A DNA stretch of 64,000 nt from Escherichia coli (GTDB lineage Bacteria > Pseudomonadota > Gammaproteobacteria > Enterobacterales > Enterobacteriaceae). Shown piece by piece: positions 33,052 through 44,235 of the stretch. The stretch lies in assembly GCF_041886205.1 (NCBI RefSeq), contig NZ_CP169031.1, one strand, 5' to 3'. The translations under genes and the position numbers were made by a program. The notes beneath the pieces were generated by a model. It saw nothing but the letters and a program-made list of their open reading frames with translations. It did not search any database and was not told the origin of the DNA. Every line of letters starts with the position of its first letter. Position 1 is the first letter of the stretch.

Positions 33052-34086
33052 TTATCTAACGCTCGACGAGTGACTTGTGATAGCGCCGACTCCAAGCGCG
33101 TAATCAAAGAACAATCGTTGATGCATCGCCAGCCTACCGTGCGTCTTCTCCCAATTATCGCGGTCACGCTCAATATCACGCTGGCATGACTGGCACAGAG
33201 GAATTGCGTAAATGTCATGCGCGCATAATCGACTATGACGAACGATATAAGGCGTAATGTGAGCGCCAGCTCCACACCCACAGCATGGACGGGAAGCAAC
33301 AAAGTCCATGTACTCAGGTAATTTTAGCGATTGCAGTTTTGGTATTTTGAAATGCGCCATGCCATGGTCGGAGTCAACATCCACAGGGCATACTTTTGCA
33401 CGCATCGGCGCGGCGCGTTCTTCCATCATCTGAACATATGCTGTAGCGCGATCGTCATACGGGCGAATATCCGCCTCTTTCAGAGGTCCGCTATCCTGCG
33501 TTGCGGCTTTCATCTTATTTATTGATATACGGCAAACTTCTTCCGGCATCAGGTGCATCATGTTGCGCATGAAAGCCCACCAGCACAGTTCCTGAATACT
33601 TAAATCATGGCCATCTGAAAGCCCCATTTCCTGACGGGCGACATCCAGTATCCAGTTAACGCGATTATTATGCAGCGTTTCTTTCAGCTCATTAAAACCA
33701 CGCATCCGGTAATGGTTATCGTGATGCCAGCACAACAACACCGCGCTATTGTCTCGTTCTGCGTGGACAATATGGTTGTCACACCAGCTACGATCTGCGG
33801 CCTGGCATTGTCCCTCTTTCCTGCGCAACCACGCCACCAGCGCGTCAATTCCACCAATACGGCGAAACAGTTCATCGCTGTTAAAAAACGGCTGCAACGC
33901 CTCATTTGTTGCCATGGTTTGCTCGGTAACAACGAGGCCGTCTTCCATGTGCTCGATTAACTCACGCGGCACCGGCTCCATAATAAATTTACGGCCAGCC
34001 TCCACCAGCTTTCTGACCTCCTGATCCACTTTGAACGTGGCGAGGCCAAGCTCTTTCTGTACAAAGGGAGCAATTACGGCTTTCAC
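33052..34086 (-). CDS. pap: Cys/His-rich protein (P1 pap position)
   Basis: 344 aa with several Cys/His clusters ([21 protein letters not shown]); name by synteny only. Confidence 0.45.
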   Translation of the reverse strand: MKAVIAPFVQKELGLATFKVDQEVRKLVEAGRKFIMEPVPRELIEHMEDGLVVTEQTMATNEALQPFFNSDELFRRIGGIDALVAWLRRKEGQCQAADRSWCDNHIVHAERDNSAVLLCWHHDNHYRMRGFNELKETLHNNRVNWILDVARQEMGLSDGHDLSIQELCWWAFMRNMMHLMPEEVCRISINKMKAATQDSGPLKEADIRPYDDRATAYVQMMEERAAPMRAKVCPVDVDSDHGMAHFKIPKLQSLKLPEYMDFVASRPCCGCGAGAHITPYIVRHSRLCAHDIYAIPLCQSCQRDIERDRDNWEKTHGRLAMHQRLFFDYALGVGAITSHSSSVR

Positions 34087-34113
34087 ATCACACCTTTCAT
34101 CACTGATTGGGCT

Positions 34114-34293
34114 TTATCTGCTGCCCGGCATTCTCTGTTTAAGCACAACCATTTCCTGACGGCATAACACAGCAATAGCGGTCCTGGCACCAATTTGCTT
34201 ACCAACCAGGTATTGCTTTACCTTGCGGCGACTCACGCCATCAAGAAGCATCTTTAACGCTTCACGGGACAATTTGTTGTATTTGCGTGCCAT
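34114..34293 (-). CDS. Small basic HTH-like protein translationally coupled to doc
   Basis: 59 aa (MARKYNKLSREALKMLLDGVSRRKVKQYLVGKQIG...); ATG 4 nt after doc stop with GGAG 7 nt upstream. Confidence 0.3.
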   Translation of the reverse strand: MARKYNKLSREALKMLLDGVSRRKVKQYLVGKQIGARTAIAVLCRQEMVVLKQRMPGSR

Positions 34294-34297
34294 TAAT

Positions 34298-34678
34298 CTA
34301 CTCCGCGGAACCATACAATCTACGTAACGTGTCGGCGACAGAAGATACAGATATCTCTCCGGTCGCAGCCCCTACGGTAAGGTCTGCCAGTTCAGGTGAA
34401 TCAAATACCTGCACCCCGTTACGGCGTAGAAATAACAGCGCACTGTTTAGCGCGGTACGCTTATTGGCATCATTGAATATATGCCCTCTCGCTGTAGCCA
34501 CCAGGTAGGTGGCGGAGACTTCGAAAAGGTCGGTGATCTCTTCGTAGGCAACTCTGGCCTGAACTCTCCCGATAATGGCCTCTGCCCTACCCGGATCTGA
34601 CATTCCCGGCAGGCCGCCGTAGCGGTTTATATTCGCATCATGAAGCGCAATAAGTTCTTCCGGTGATATATGCCTCAT
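34298..34678 (-). CDS. doc: Doc toxin (Fic-family kinase)
   Basis: 126 aa [39 protein letters not shown]...[13 protein letters not shown] (Fic-like motif); start overlaps phd stop. Confidence 0.9.
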   Translation of the reverse strand: MRHISPEELIALHDANINRYGGLPGMSDPGRAEAIIGRVQARVAYEEITDLFEVSATYLVATARGHIFNDANKRTALNSALLFLRRNGVQVFDSPELADLTVGAATGEISVSSVADTLRRLYGSAE

Positions 34679-34899
34679 TATCGGTTAACCAGTTCCTTGT
34701 TGGTGGAGTCCAGGGTGTCAAACAGGGATGCAAATTCAGCATCCAGCGCCGCTTTTTTGTAGGCTTCGAAAGTAGCCTTGCTGACAATTACTGCTGGCTC
34801 ACGGCCTCTGCGGGTGATTTCAACCTCTTCCCCGGCTTCAACATTGTTGAGCACTTCAGAAAGGTTGCCGCGCGCGGTACGGAAGTTAATGGATTGCAT
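34678..34899 (-). CDS. phd: Phd antitoxin
   Basis: 73 aa from ATG 34899: [56 protein letters not shown]... Confidence 0.9.
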   Translation of the reverse strand: MQSINFRTARGNLSEVLNNVEAGEEVEITRRGREPAVIVSKATFEAYKKAALDAEFASLFDTLDSTNKELVNR

Positions 34900-34971
34900 A
34901 AACACCTCGTGTACTCATTATGTGTACACAATTATAAACTTCACAGGCATAAAGCACCAGCACTTTGCAGC

Positions 34972-35361
34972 TTAAATAACCGGACAATCATCAAATTCCC
35001 CACTTCGGGCATCATTGATGACATGAGTGATCACACCAAAAACAGCATTACTGCCCGTGTATCCATCGTCATCTACTGGTAACGCCTCTTTCTTCCCGGT
35101 GCTTAAATCCTCCAGGTGCTGGCGCGGATACTTCCTGTATCTCTTTATGCGATATTCACCCTCCATAGCGCACACAAGCAGAGAACCATCAACCGGAGTA
35201 AGCGAGGAATCAACCACCAGCAAAGCACCCTGCAATATTCCCTCACGGTGATGGCTATCAGCTGCCCGCATGAAGTAGGTTGCTGATGGATGCCTGATTA
35301 GTTGCTGATCAAGAGAAATTCGGCTTTCAACATAATCCGCCGCAGGAGAAGGAAAGCCCAT
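34972..35361 (-). CDS. humD: UmuD homologue (HumD-like)
   Basis: 129 aa; UmuD/LexA peptidase S24 C-terminal fold; LexA box 20 bp upstream. Confidence 0.8.
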   Translation of the reverse strand: MGFPSPAADYVESRISLDQQLIRHPSATYFMRAADSHHREGILQGALLVVDSSLTPVDGSLLVCAMEGEYRIKRYRKYPRQHLEDLSTGKKEALPVDDDGYTGSNAVFGVITHVINDARSGEFDDCPVI

Positions 35362-35380
35362 AGCGTTTTCACCTCAATAA

Positions 35381-35400
35381 TACTGTTAATTTATACAGTA
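35381..35400 (+). promoter_or_regulatory. LexA (SOS) box between humD and divergent ORF
   Basis: TACTGTTAATTTATACAGTA: perfect CTGT-N8-ACAG with palindromic flanks. Confidence 0.75.
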
Positions 35401-36715
35401 TACATTAAAGAGACACCTTTGGTGCAAACGCGTTACGTACATCAACCACCGCTGATGATTTTGTGCTCTTTGCTACTATTCATCACCGCGGGATCAGCGT
35501 AACCTCGTTGCCAATCAGTTAATAAGGAATTAGCTATGCCTAATCGCATTCCTCTCATCTCTTAACGATATCAACGATGCGTTATATGAATACTGTGAAA
35601 AAACGAGCATCACAGATGCACCTGATGCATTTGTCGAGCTACCGGTATATCTCCGCGACATCTATGCAATACGAACACCGCCCGTATCGGTGATTCACAT
35701 TGGCTATGTCCGCCTGTCCATCGAAGAAGATGAAGATCGTTATATCGTGCGCCACTATACATTGGACAGAAAAGAACTTCCTAATGAATGGAACATGAGT
35801 AATTTCTACAACGGTGAATATGGCTTAAAATCCGCTAATAATTTACGGTCATAATCTATACAGGCATGTATAACAACAACGAGCCTATTAGCTGTCAACA
35901 ACGTTATTTTCTCAAATAAGAAAAGGCACAAAACAAATTGTTTAAGGCCACAAATTGTGGCCTTAATGGAGGAGGGAGGCTTATTGGCTATGGCTAAAAA
36001 TCAAATTAGACACTTCATGTTGCTGTAGCTCATCTAGATCCGAGGCCACAAAACCTTTTCCGAAAAAATTCACAAGTAACTCACTAGCCGCATCATTATC
36101 ACCTATTACACGAAAGCCATACGGCAACGTCGCAAGTTGACGATGTAATCCTGCTGAGAAAGTCGAATCTAACAGCGCCCAGAATTCCCACAGCAGGATA
36201 ATACTCGCCTCTTAATACTGTATATATGTTGTTACGATATGTTTTTCTGTCTCTAAAAAAAGATGTTAATAGAATGCTAACCATTGAAGTGGATAAAAAT
36301 ATACAATTCCAACAAACGTTATCTTTAACAATTTTTTTCTTTGCGTTGACTTTCCCGGACACCTTGTCTGACCGAAGGTGCGCGAAAGCCACTTTTTCCT
36401 TCCTGAGTTATCCACAAAGTTATGCACTTGCAAGAGGGCCATTTTCTACATATTGTGGTGGCTAACAGATGAAATGAATGTAGATTAATTGAAGATAAGG
36501 AGAAAATTTGAGATGCAATCATGACGTTAATAGATATGGTCTGCATTACAGACCCCACCCGCATCAAGGAATTAGCCGTTCCCTGATGTTTTTCCGAAAA
36601 CATGTGCCGTAAGCTCACGTTAACGACTTTCATTCACCGAATCCAACTATATAGGGGTTGGGTTTCTACGTCAACGTGAGAGCACACAGCTTTACATTTG
36701 ACGAGGATTACCCTG

Positions 36716-36853
36716 ATGATTGTATTTTTTCAGTTTCTAAGTGCATTTTTAAATGCGCCTGTTCTTAGCCAAGTGCTGGCGATTGTCTTCATCGTGGTTC
36801 TGATATGGTTTTTCAAGTCAGTGATAAACAGAGGCGTGCGCTGGCTTATTTAA
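36716..36853 (+). CDS. Candidate small hydrophobic peptide (45 aa)
   Basis: MIVFFQFLSAFLNAPVLSQVLAIVFIVVLIWFFKSVINRGVRWLI; GAGGA 10 nt upstream; preceded by a 12-bp inverted repeat. Not in ORF track (<60 aa). Confidence 0.3.
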   Translation: MIVFFQFLSAFLNAPVLSQVLAIVFIVVLIWFFKSVINRGVRWLI

Positions 36854-37385
36854 TGTCGCGCTGAGATATTAATTCCCTTGCTGTTTAACCATTTTTTGTG
36901 TGTGCTGGTGAGCGTGTGAAGGCTCAATTTGTTGCCCACCAGTATTTACTATTTCTAAGCTCCACATTGTCACTTCCGCACAAACAACTTAGCGCGGAAT
37001 CAGTATTCGGCCCAAGATGTAAAAAGCCAACCTGCGTTATGGTTCGCATTTCCAAATAGTGTTCTGAACGCCCGTGCCGGGCGCGAGATGTGGATTAGCG
37101 TTCGCGCTATGCTGATATACGACTTTGGACTTTCCATATTGCTGACAGGCTTTGTCTGCGGTTTTTTGCAGGCTGTCCAGCCCATACCAGCCATCTGACT
37201 GGATGCTAACATTTTCGCCGTCATTGTATTGCACCATCGCACACCCAGACATAGCTAAAATCGCACCGACAATACCGCTTTTCCAAAAAGCTCTAATTAG
37301 GTCATTCGTTACCTAATGTCCGAACTGCTAAAGCATCTAAGTTGCTGTAGAATCACATCCAATTACATAAGCCTGAAATAAGTGG

Positions 37386-38948
37386 ATGAAAATGACAAGT
37401 ATTCAACAACGTGCAGAGCTTCATCGTCAAATCTGGCAAATTGCTAACGATGTCAGGGGTTCGGTCGATGGATGGGATTTTAAGCAATACGTTCTGGGCG
37501 CACTTTTCTACCGTTTTATCAGCGAAAATTTTTCCAGCCATATGGAAGCCGGTGATGACAGTATCTGTTATGCGAAACTGGATGACAGCGTAATTACTGA
37601 TGACATTAAAGACGATGCCATCAAAACTAAAGGCTACTTCATCTACCCCAGTCAGCTTTTCTGCAACGTAGCTGCGAAAGCAAATACCAATGACAGACTG
37701 AATGCAGATTTAAACAGCATCTTCGTTGCTATCGAAAGTTCTGCTTACGGTTATCCTTCAGAAGCTGACATCAAAGGTTTGTTTGCTGATTTCGATACCA
37801 CCAGTAACCGCTTGGGTAACACCGTTAAAGATAAAAATGCCCGCCTGGCTGCGGTTCTGAAAGGGGTTGAAGGGTTAAATCTGGGCAACTTTAACGAACA
37901 TCAGATTGACTTATTTGGCGATGCCTATGAGTTCCTGATTTCTAACTATGCGGCGAATGCCGGTAAGTCAGGCGGCGAGTTCTTTACACCGCAACACGTC
38001 TCTAAGCTGATTGCACAACTGGCTATGCACGGGCAGACCCACGTTAACAAAATCTACGACCCGGCAGCAGGTTCCGGTTCGCTGTTGTTGCAGGCTAAAA
38101 AGCAGTTTGATAACCATATCATCGAAGAAGGCTTTTTCGGTCAGGAAATCAACCATACGACCTATAACCTGGCGCGTATGAACATGTTTTTGCACAACAT
38201 CAACTACGACAAGTTTGATATCAGGCTGGGTAATACACTGACTGAGCCGCACTTCAGAGATGAAAAACCGTTTGATGCCATCGTTTCTAACCCGCCGTAT
38301 TCGGTGAAATGGATTGGCAGCGATGACCCGACGCTGATTAACGATGAACGTTTTGCCCCGGCTGGCGTTCTGGCCCCAAAATCCAAAGCTGACTTTGCGT
38401 TTGTATTACATGCGCTGAACTATCTTTCGGCCAAAGGTCGTGCTGCGATTGTCTGCTTCCCGGGTATTTTTTACCGTGGCGGCGCAGAGCAGAAAATCCG
38501 TCAGTATCTGGTTGACAATAACTATGTCGAAACCGTGATTTCACTGGCACCGAACCTGTTCTTTGGCACCACCATTGCAGTAAACATTCTGGTGCTGTCT
38601 AAACATAAAACGGATACCAAAGTTCAGTTTATTGACGCCAGCGAACTGTTCAAAAAAGAGACTAACAACAACATCCTTACCGATGCGCATATCAAACAGA
38701 TTATGCAGGTCTTTGACACCAAAGCAGATACTGACCATCTGGCGAAATCTGTGCCGTTTGAGACCGTGGCCGCCAATGGTTATAACTTGTCAGTTAGCAG
38801 CTATGTGGAAGCCAAAGATACCCGCGAAGTTGTAGATATCACTGAACTGAATGCCGAACTGAAAACCACCGTCAGCAAAATCGACCAGTTACGCCAAGAC
38901 ATTGATGTGATCGTGGCTAGAATTGAAGGCAGAGAGGTACAGGCATGA
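37386..38948 (+). CDS. hsdM: Type I restriction-modification methyltransferase subunit HsdM
   Basis: 520 aa; motif I ([12 protein letters not shown]) and N6-adenine catalytic motif NPPYS; N-terminal HsdM domain. Confidence 0.95.
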   Translation: MKMTSIQQRAELHRQIWQIANDVRGSVDGWDFKQYVLGALFYRFISENFSSHMEAGDDSICYAKLDDSVITDDIKDDAIKTKGYFIYPSQLFCNVAAKANTNDRLNADLNSIFVAIESSAYGYPSEADIKGLFADFDTTSNRLGNTVKDKNARLAAVLKGVEGLNLGNFNEHQIDLFGDAYEFLISNYAANAGKSGGEFFTPQHVSKLIAQLAMHGQTHVNKIYDPAAGSGSLLLQAKKQFDNHIIEEGFFGQEINHTTYNLARMNMFLHNINYDKFDIRLGNTLTEPHFRDEKPFDAIVSNPPYSVKWIGSDDPTLINDERFAPAGVLAPKSKADFAFVLHALNYLSAKGRAAIVCFPGIFYRGGAEQKIRQYLVDNNYVETVISLAPNLFFGTTIAVNILVLSKHKTDTKVQFIDASELFKKETNNNILTDAHIKQIMQVFDTKADTDHLAKSVPFETVAANGYNLSVSSYVEAKDTREVVDITELNAELKTTVSKIDQLRQDIDVIVARIEGREVQA

Positions 38949-40153
38949 GCGAGCTGAGCTATCTGGAAAAACTGTTGGATGGGGTTGAGGTTGAGTGGGT
39001 AACATTGGGTTCTATGGCAGATATCGGTACTGGAAGCTCAAATCGTCAGGATGAAAGCGAAAATGGAATTTATCCATTCTATGTTCGCTCAAAGAATATC
39101 TTGAAGTCAGATACCTTTGAATTTGATGAGGTAGCAATAGTCATTCCTGGTGAAGGTGGAATTGGCGACATATTTCACTATGTTGAGGGGAAATATGCTC
39201 TACATCAAAGGGCGTATAGAATTCGTATCACAACTAATGCCGTAGACACGAAGTTTTTGTATTACTTCATGTCATCTAGCTTTAAGCAGTACATCTTGAC
39301 AAAAAGTGTGGGTGCTACCGCCATTTCGATAAGAAAACCCATGCTGGAAGGATTTAAAGTTCCCATTCCTAGCCCGGACAACCCGGAAAAGTCCCTTGCC
39401 ATCCAGTCTGAAATTGTTCGGATTCTGGATAAATTTACTGCAATTACCGCTGAGCTTACCGCTGAGCTTACTATGCGTAAAAAACAGTACAACTACTATC
39501 GCGACCAGTTGTTGAGTTTTAAAGAGGGTGAGGTTGAGTGGAAGACTTTGGGGGAAATTGGGAATTTTACATATGGATATGCAGCCAAAGCCATGGACTC
39601 AGGAGATGCCCGTTTCGTGAGAATTACTGACATAAATAAAGACGGGAAGCTATCGAAAGAAAACCCAATGTACGTTGAATTAAATGAGGAAAATGAGAAA
39701 TATACCTTAGAAAAAAATGATTTACTCATGGCAAGGACTGGTGCAACCTTTGGTAAAACAATGATTTTTGAAGAAGATTATCCAGCAGTATACGCTGGTT
39801 TTTTAATAAAGTTGAACCTAAATGAAACGATTATTAATGCCAAATATTACTGGCACTTTGCACAAAGTGATTTTTTTTGGGAACAGGCTAATAAATTAGT
39901 ATCTGGTGGTGGGCAACCACAGTTTAATGCTAATGCACTGAAACAAGTCAGAGTACCTATTCCATACCCATCTCACCCTCAAAAATCTTTAGACGAACAG
40001 GGGCGTATTGTGGATATTCTAGATAAGTTTGATGCAATCGCAGCTTCCATCACTGAAGGTCTTCCGCGTGAAATCGAGTTACGCCAAAAACAATACGAAT
40101 ACTACCGTGATTTACTGTTCAGTTTCCCAAAACCTGAAACTGTCAGTAATTAA
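38945..40153 (+). CDS. hsdS: Type I R-M specificity subunit HsdS
   Basis: 402 aa; two target-recognition domains separated by conserved central region containing TAELTAELT and conserved distal region ([16 protein letters not shown]); start overlaps hsdM stop. Confidence 0.9.
   Translation: MSELSYLEKLLDGVEVEWVTLGSMADIGTGSSNRQDESENGIYPFYVRSKNILKSDTFEFDEVAIVIPGEGGIGDIFHYVEGKYALHQRAYRIRITTNAVDTKFLYYFMSSSFKQYILTKSVGATAISIRKPMLEGFKVPIPSPDNPEKSLAIQSEIVRILDKFTAITAELTAELTMRKKQYNYYRDQLLSFKEGEVEWKTLGEIGNFTYGYAAKAMDSGDARFVRITDINKDGKLSKENPMYVELNEENEKYTLEKNDLLMARTGATFGKTMIFEEDYPAVYAGFLIKLNLNETIINAKYYWHFAQSDFFWEQANKLVSGGGQPQFNANALKQVRVPIPYPSHPQKSLDEQGRIVDILDKFDAIAASITEGLPREIELRQKQYEYYRDLLFSFPKPETVSN
39446..39469 (+). 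repeat. Tandem 12-bp repeat (ACCGCTGAGCTT x2) encoding TAEL-TAEL in HsdS central conserved region
   Basis: Two perfect copies in tandem. Confidence 0.9.
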
Positions 40154-40274
40154 TTGACCATTGCTACCGACCGGGCCACCTTAACACCCGGTCTGTATAT
40201 AGACTATTTTTTACGCGCCGGAAGTCACTCTTAACGCCCTTCCGGCCCTTGCCAGGCGGCACAAAGGATGCGCT

Positions 40275-43200
40275 ATGACTCATCAGACACACACTATTGC
40301 TGAATCCAATAACTTTATCGTCCTTGATAAGTACATCAAAGCTGAGCCAACAGGCGACAGCTACCAGAGCGAATCGGACCTGGAACGTGAACTGATTCAG
40401 GACCTGCGGAATCAGGGCTATGAATTTATATCCGTAAAATCTCAGTCGGCTATGCTGTCCAATGTTCGGGAACAGCTTCAGAGCCTCAATGGTGTGGTGT
40501 TTAATGACAGCGAGTGGCGGCGTTTCACGGAGCAGTATCTGGACAACCCGAGCGATGGCATTCTGGATAAGACCCGTAAAATCCATATCGACTATATTTG
40601 CGACTTTATTTTTGATGACGAGCGACTTGAGAACATCTATTTGATAGATAAAAAGAATCTCATGCGCAATAAGGTGCAGATTATCCAGCAGTTTGAACAG
40701 ACGGGTTCTCATGCTAACCGTTATGACGTCACGCTCCTGGTTAATGGCTTACCACTGGTACAAATCGAACTGAAAAAGCGCGGCGTGGCGATTCGTGAGG
40801 CTTTCAACCAGATACATCGTTACAGTAAAGAGAGTTTTAACAGCGAAAATTCCCTGTTTAAGTATCTGCAACTGTTTATCATTTCTAACGGCACAGATAC
40901 CCGTTACTTTGCCAACACCACAAAGCGCGATAAAAACAGTTTTGATTTCACCATGAACTGGGCGAAATCAGACAACACGCTGATTAAAGACCTCAAAGAC
41001 TTTACCGCTACCTTTTTCCAGAAACATACTCTGCTGAATGTTCTGGTGAACTACAGCGTGTTTGACAGTAGTCAGACACTACTGGTGATGCGACCGTACC
41101 AGATTGCCGCCACCGAGCGCATTCTGTGGAAAATTAAGAGCTCCTTTACAGCGAAGAACTGGTCAAAACCGGAAAGCGGTGGGTATATCTGGCACACTAC
41201 CGGTTCTGGTAAAACCCTCACCAGCTTTAAAGCCGCGCGTCTGGCAACAGAGCTGGACTTTATTGATAAAGTCTTCTTCGTGGTCGACAGGAAAGACCTC
41301 GATTACCAGACCATGAAGGAATATCAGCGTTTTTCGCCAGATAGTGTTAACGGTTCGGAAAATACCGCAGGCCTGAAACGAAATCTGGATAAGGACGATA
41401 ACAAAATTATTGTCACCACTATTCAGAAACTCAATAACCTGATGAAAGCAGAAAGCGACTTGCCTGTATACAATCAGCAAGTGGTGTTTATATTTGATGA
41501 ATGCCACCGCAGCCAGTTTGGAGAAGCGCAGAAAAACCTGAAGAAGAAATTTAAACGCTATTATCAATTTGGTTTTACCGGCACCCCTATTTTCCTGGAA
41601 AACGCCTTAGGCTCAGAAACAACAGCCAGCGTATTTGGTCGTGAATTGCATTCGTATGTAATTACCGATGCGATTCGTGACGAAAAAGTGCTCAAGTTCA
41701 AGGTGGACTACAACGATGTGCGGCCACAGTTTAAGTCTTTAGAGACAGAAACTGACGAGAAAAAACTGAGTGCGGCTGAAAATCAGCAGGCGTTTCTTCA
41801 TCCCATGCGTATACAGGAAATTACGCAATATATTCTGAATAATTTCCGCCAGAAAACCCACCGCACCTTCCCTGGCTCAAAAGGTTTTAATGCTATGTTG
41901 GCAGTGAGCAGCGTGGATGCTGCAAAAGCCTATTACGCGACGTTTAAACGGTTACAAGAGGAAGCAGCTAATAAATCGGCTACCTATAAACCGCTGCGTG
42001 TTGCGACAATCTTCTCCTTTGCTGCCAATGAAGAACAAAATGCCATTGGTGAAATTTCCGATGAAACTTTTGATACCAGCGCAATGGACAGCAGTGCTAA
42101 AGAGTTTCTTGATGCTGCAATTCGTGAGTATAACAGCTATTTTAAAACTAACTTCAGCACCGACAGTAACGGTTTTCAGAACTACTATCGTGATTTAGCC
42201 CAACGGGTTAAAAATCAGGATATCGATCTGTTAATTGTCGTGGGGATGTTTTTAACCGGCTTCGACGCTCCAACATTGAACACGCTATTCGTCGATAAAA
42301 ACTTGCGTTTTCACGGCCTGATGCAGGCATTTTCCCGCACCAACCGCATTTATGACGCTACTAAAACCTTCGGTAATATCGTCACTTTCCGCGATCTGGA
42401 ACGCTCAACCATCGATGCCATAACGCTGTTTGGTGACAAAAACACCAAAAATGTAGTGTTAGAAAAGAGTTATGCAGAGTATATGGAAGGCTTTACTGAT
42501 GCCGCTACTGGTGAAGCTAAGCGCGGCTTTATGGCGGTAGTTGCAGAACTGGAACAACGGTTCCCTGACCCAGCCAGTATTGAAAGTGAAAAAGAGAAGA
42601 AAGACTTCGTTAAACTGTTTGGTGAATACCTGCGTACCGAGAACATCCTGCAAAACTATGATGAATTTGCCACGCTGAAAGCCCTGCAACAAATCGATCT
42701 TAGCGATCCTGTTGCAGTAGAAAAATTCAAAGCAGAACATTATGTGGATGATGAAAAGCTCGCTGAATTGCAAACAATTCGTCTCCCTGCTGATCGCAAG
42801 ATTCAGGATTATCGTTCTGCCTATAACGATATTCGCGACTGGCAGCGCCGTGAGAAAGAAGCTGAGAAAAAAGAGAAATCAACCACTGACTGGGATGACG
42901 TAGTTTTTGAGGTCGATTTGTTGAAGTCTCAGGAAATAAACCTGGATTATATCCTTGGACTGATTTTCGAACACAACAGACAAAATAAAGGCAAGGGCGA
43001 AATGATCGAAGAGGTCAAACGCTTAATTCGTTCAAGCCTGGGGAACCGTGCTAAAGAGGGCCTGGTGGTCGACTTTATTCAGCAAACGAACCTGGATGAC
43101 TTACCGGACAAAGCCAGCATCATTGACGCATTCTTTACGTTTGCTCAACGCGAACAGCAACGTGAAGCAGAAGCATTGATAAAAGAAGAAAATCTCAATG

Positions 43201-43391
43201 AAGAGGCGGCGAAACGCTATATTCGCACGTCTTTAAAACGCGAATACGCCACCGAAAATGGCACAGAATTAAACGAAACATTACCAAAACTTAGTCCGTT
43301 GAATCCGCAATATAAAACGAAAAAACAGGCAGTTTTCCAGAAAATCGTCTCGTTTATTGAGAAGTTTAAAGGCGTAGGCGGAAAAATATAG
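40275..43391 (+). CDS. hsdR: Type I R-M restriction endonuclease/translocase subunit HsdR
   Basis: 1038 aa; PD-(D/E)xK nuclease N-terminal region, SF2 helicase motifs (GSGKT Walker A; DECHRS motif II). Confidence 0.95.
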   Translation: MTHQTHTIAESNNFIVLDKYIKAEPTGDSYQSESDLERELIQDLRNQGYEFISVKSQSAMLSNVREQLQSLNGVVFNDSEWRRFTEQYLDNPSDGILDKTRKIHIDYICDFIFDDERLENIYLIDKKNLMRNKVQIIQQFEQTGSHANRYDVTLLVNGLPLVQIELKKRGVAIREAFNQIHRYSKESFNSENSLFKYLQLFIISNGTDTRYFANTTKRDKNSFDFTMNWAKSDNTLIKDLKDFTATFFQKHTLLNVLVNYSVFDSSQTLLVMRPYQIAATERILWKIKSSFTAKNWSKPESGGYIWHTTGSGKTLTSFKAARLATELDFIDKVFFVVDRKDLDYQTMKEYQRFSPDSVNGSENTAGLKRNLDKDDNKIIVTTIQKLNNLMKAESDLPVYNQQVVFIFDECHRSQFGEAQKNLKKKFKRYYQFGFTGTPIFLENALGSETTASVFGRELHSYVITDAIRDEKVLKFKVDYNDVRPQFKSLETETDEKKLSAAENQQAFLHPMRIQEITQYILNNFRQKTHRTFPGSKGFNAMLAVSSVDAAKAYYATFKRLQEEAANKSATYKPLRVATIFSFAANEEQNAIGEISDETFDTSAMDSSAKEFLDAAIREYNSYFKTNFSTDSNGFQNYYRDLAQRVKNQDIDLLIVVGMFLTGFDAPTLNTLFVDKNLRFHGLMQAFSRTNRIYDATKTFGNIVTFRDLERSTIDAITLFGDKNTKNVVLEKSYAEYMEGFTDAATGEAKRGFMAVVAELEQRFPDPASIESEKEKKDFVKLFGEYLRTENILQNYDEFATLKALQQIDLSDPVAVEKFKAEHYVDDEKLAELQTIRLPADRKIQDYRSAYNDIRDWQRREKEAEKKEKSTTDWDDVVFEVDLLKSQEINLDYILGLIFEHNRQNKGKGEMIEEVKRLIRSSLGNRAKEGLVVDFIQQTNLDDLPDKASIIDAFFTFAQREQQREAEALIKEENLNEEAAKRYIRTSLKREYATENGTELNETLPKLSPLNPQYKTKKQAVFQKIVSFIEKFKGVGGKI

Positions 43392-43408
43392 CCCAATTCG
43401 TGTTTTTC

Positions 43409-43436
43409 TTGCGGGTTCTTAATTAAACCCGCAAGA
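43409..43436. other. 10-bp inverted repeat hairpin downstream of hsdR
   Basis: CTTGCGGGTT-cttaatta-AACCCGCAAG; no clear U-tract on either strand. Confidence 0.5.
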
Positions 43437-43470
43437 GCTCGTGGGGTTCCAAATGGCTAATATACTCCCC

Positions 43471-43557
43471 TTACCCATGCGCGACGATGCCGCCAAAAGT
43501 GATAGAGAACAGCCAGAAATAGATCGCGGCCATAATGATTTTGAATGCCGTGTTCAT
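43471..43557 (-). CDS. Candidate 28-aa hydrophobic peptide
   Basis: MNTAFKIIMAAIYFWLFSITFGGIVAHG with RBS CAGGAG 8 nt upstream of ATG; operator-like site ~85 bp upstream. Not in ORF track. Confidence 0.3.
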   Translation of the reverse strand: MNTAFKIIMAAIYFWLFSITFGGIVAHG

Positions 43558-43639
43558 ATTTTCAGCTCCTGTGATTGATTGGATACATGCCGCGCCTTGC
43601 GGCATGTTTTTATTTTCACTTTCTCTGTTTTAAAAATCA

Positions 43640-43656
43640 AGATTTATTAGAGTAAT
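43640..43656 (-). promoter_or_regulatory. C1 operator-like site
   Basis: AGATTTATTAGAGTAAT, 15/17 match. Confidence 0.55.
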
Positions 43657-44162
43657 TATTGCTGATGGAGAAGCGCGTTTTCATACTCCCTGACCATTAA
43701 CGTAAGTACGCCGTGACTCCTGAAAACACGCGCCACTTCAATCTTATCTTCCAGCGCGAACGCGATTTTACTTAGACCAATTTTCTTAAGGAGATCAATC
43801 TTTGCTGGGCCGTCATTTCTATCATCGGTAGCAGGACGCATAGATAGCAAAGGCTCAGCCCCGTTTGTTACGTGCTTACGCAACCAGGCTCGTGTTTTAT
43901 CCCTGGCTATCTCACAGCGCCCGGTTACAAACCAGAGGGTGTAAATGCCGGACAACTGGCGCACCATATCAATAACTGGAGTGATGGGAGTATCGGTGTC
44001 ACAGGCGAGATTAAACTCGTTCCAGTCCTTTGTTAATGCACCTTTACCTGGTGGCGGAAGCAAATGCAGTCTGTCTTCAGTTGCCTCTGATATTGTTCCA
44101 TCAATATCGACTATGACGATATACGGACGTTCCTGGTGTGCGTGTTTATTGAAAATACTCAA
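43656..44162 (-). CDS. HAD-superfamily hydrolase/phosphatase-like protein
   Basis: 168 aa with HAD motif I IVIVDIDGTIS near N-terminus. Confidence 0.6.
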   Translation of the reverse strand: MSIFNKHAHQERPYIVIVDIDGTISEATEDRLHLLPPPGKGALTKDWNEFNLACDTDTPITPVIDMVRQLSGIYTLWFVTGRCEIARDKTRAWLRKHVTNGAEPLLSMRPATDDRNDGPAKIDLLKKIGLSKIAFALEDKIEVARVFRSHGVLTLMVREYENALLHQQ

Positions 44163-44235
44163 ATGCCCTCCTCATTGGACGAAAAAAATGCTGGTGGGAC
44201 GCACTCCACCAGCATTAAAAGTGACACTGTAACTA

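Noticed and set aside
35302-37242. Several 60-100-aa ORFs in the low-coding region between humD and hsdM (e.g. 36099-36392, 36226-36465, 36325-36633)
   Set aside because: Mutually overlapping on both strands, no RBSs, low-complexity translations; region more likely a decayed or regulatory remnant.
43409-43436. Hairpin after hsdR as a rho-independent terminator
   Set aside because: A 10-bp stem is present but no U-tract follows on either strand; kept only as an inverted repeat.
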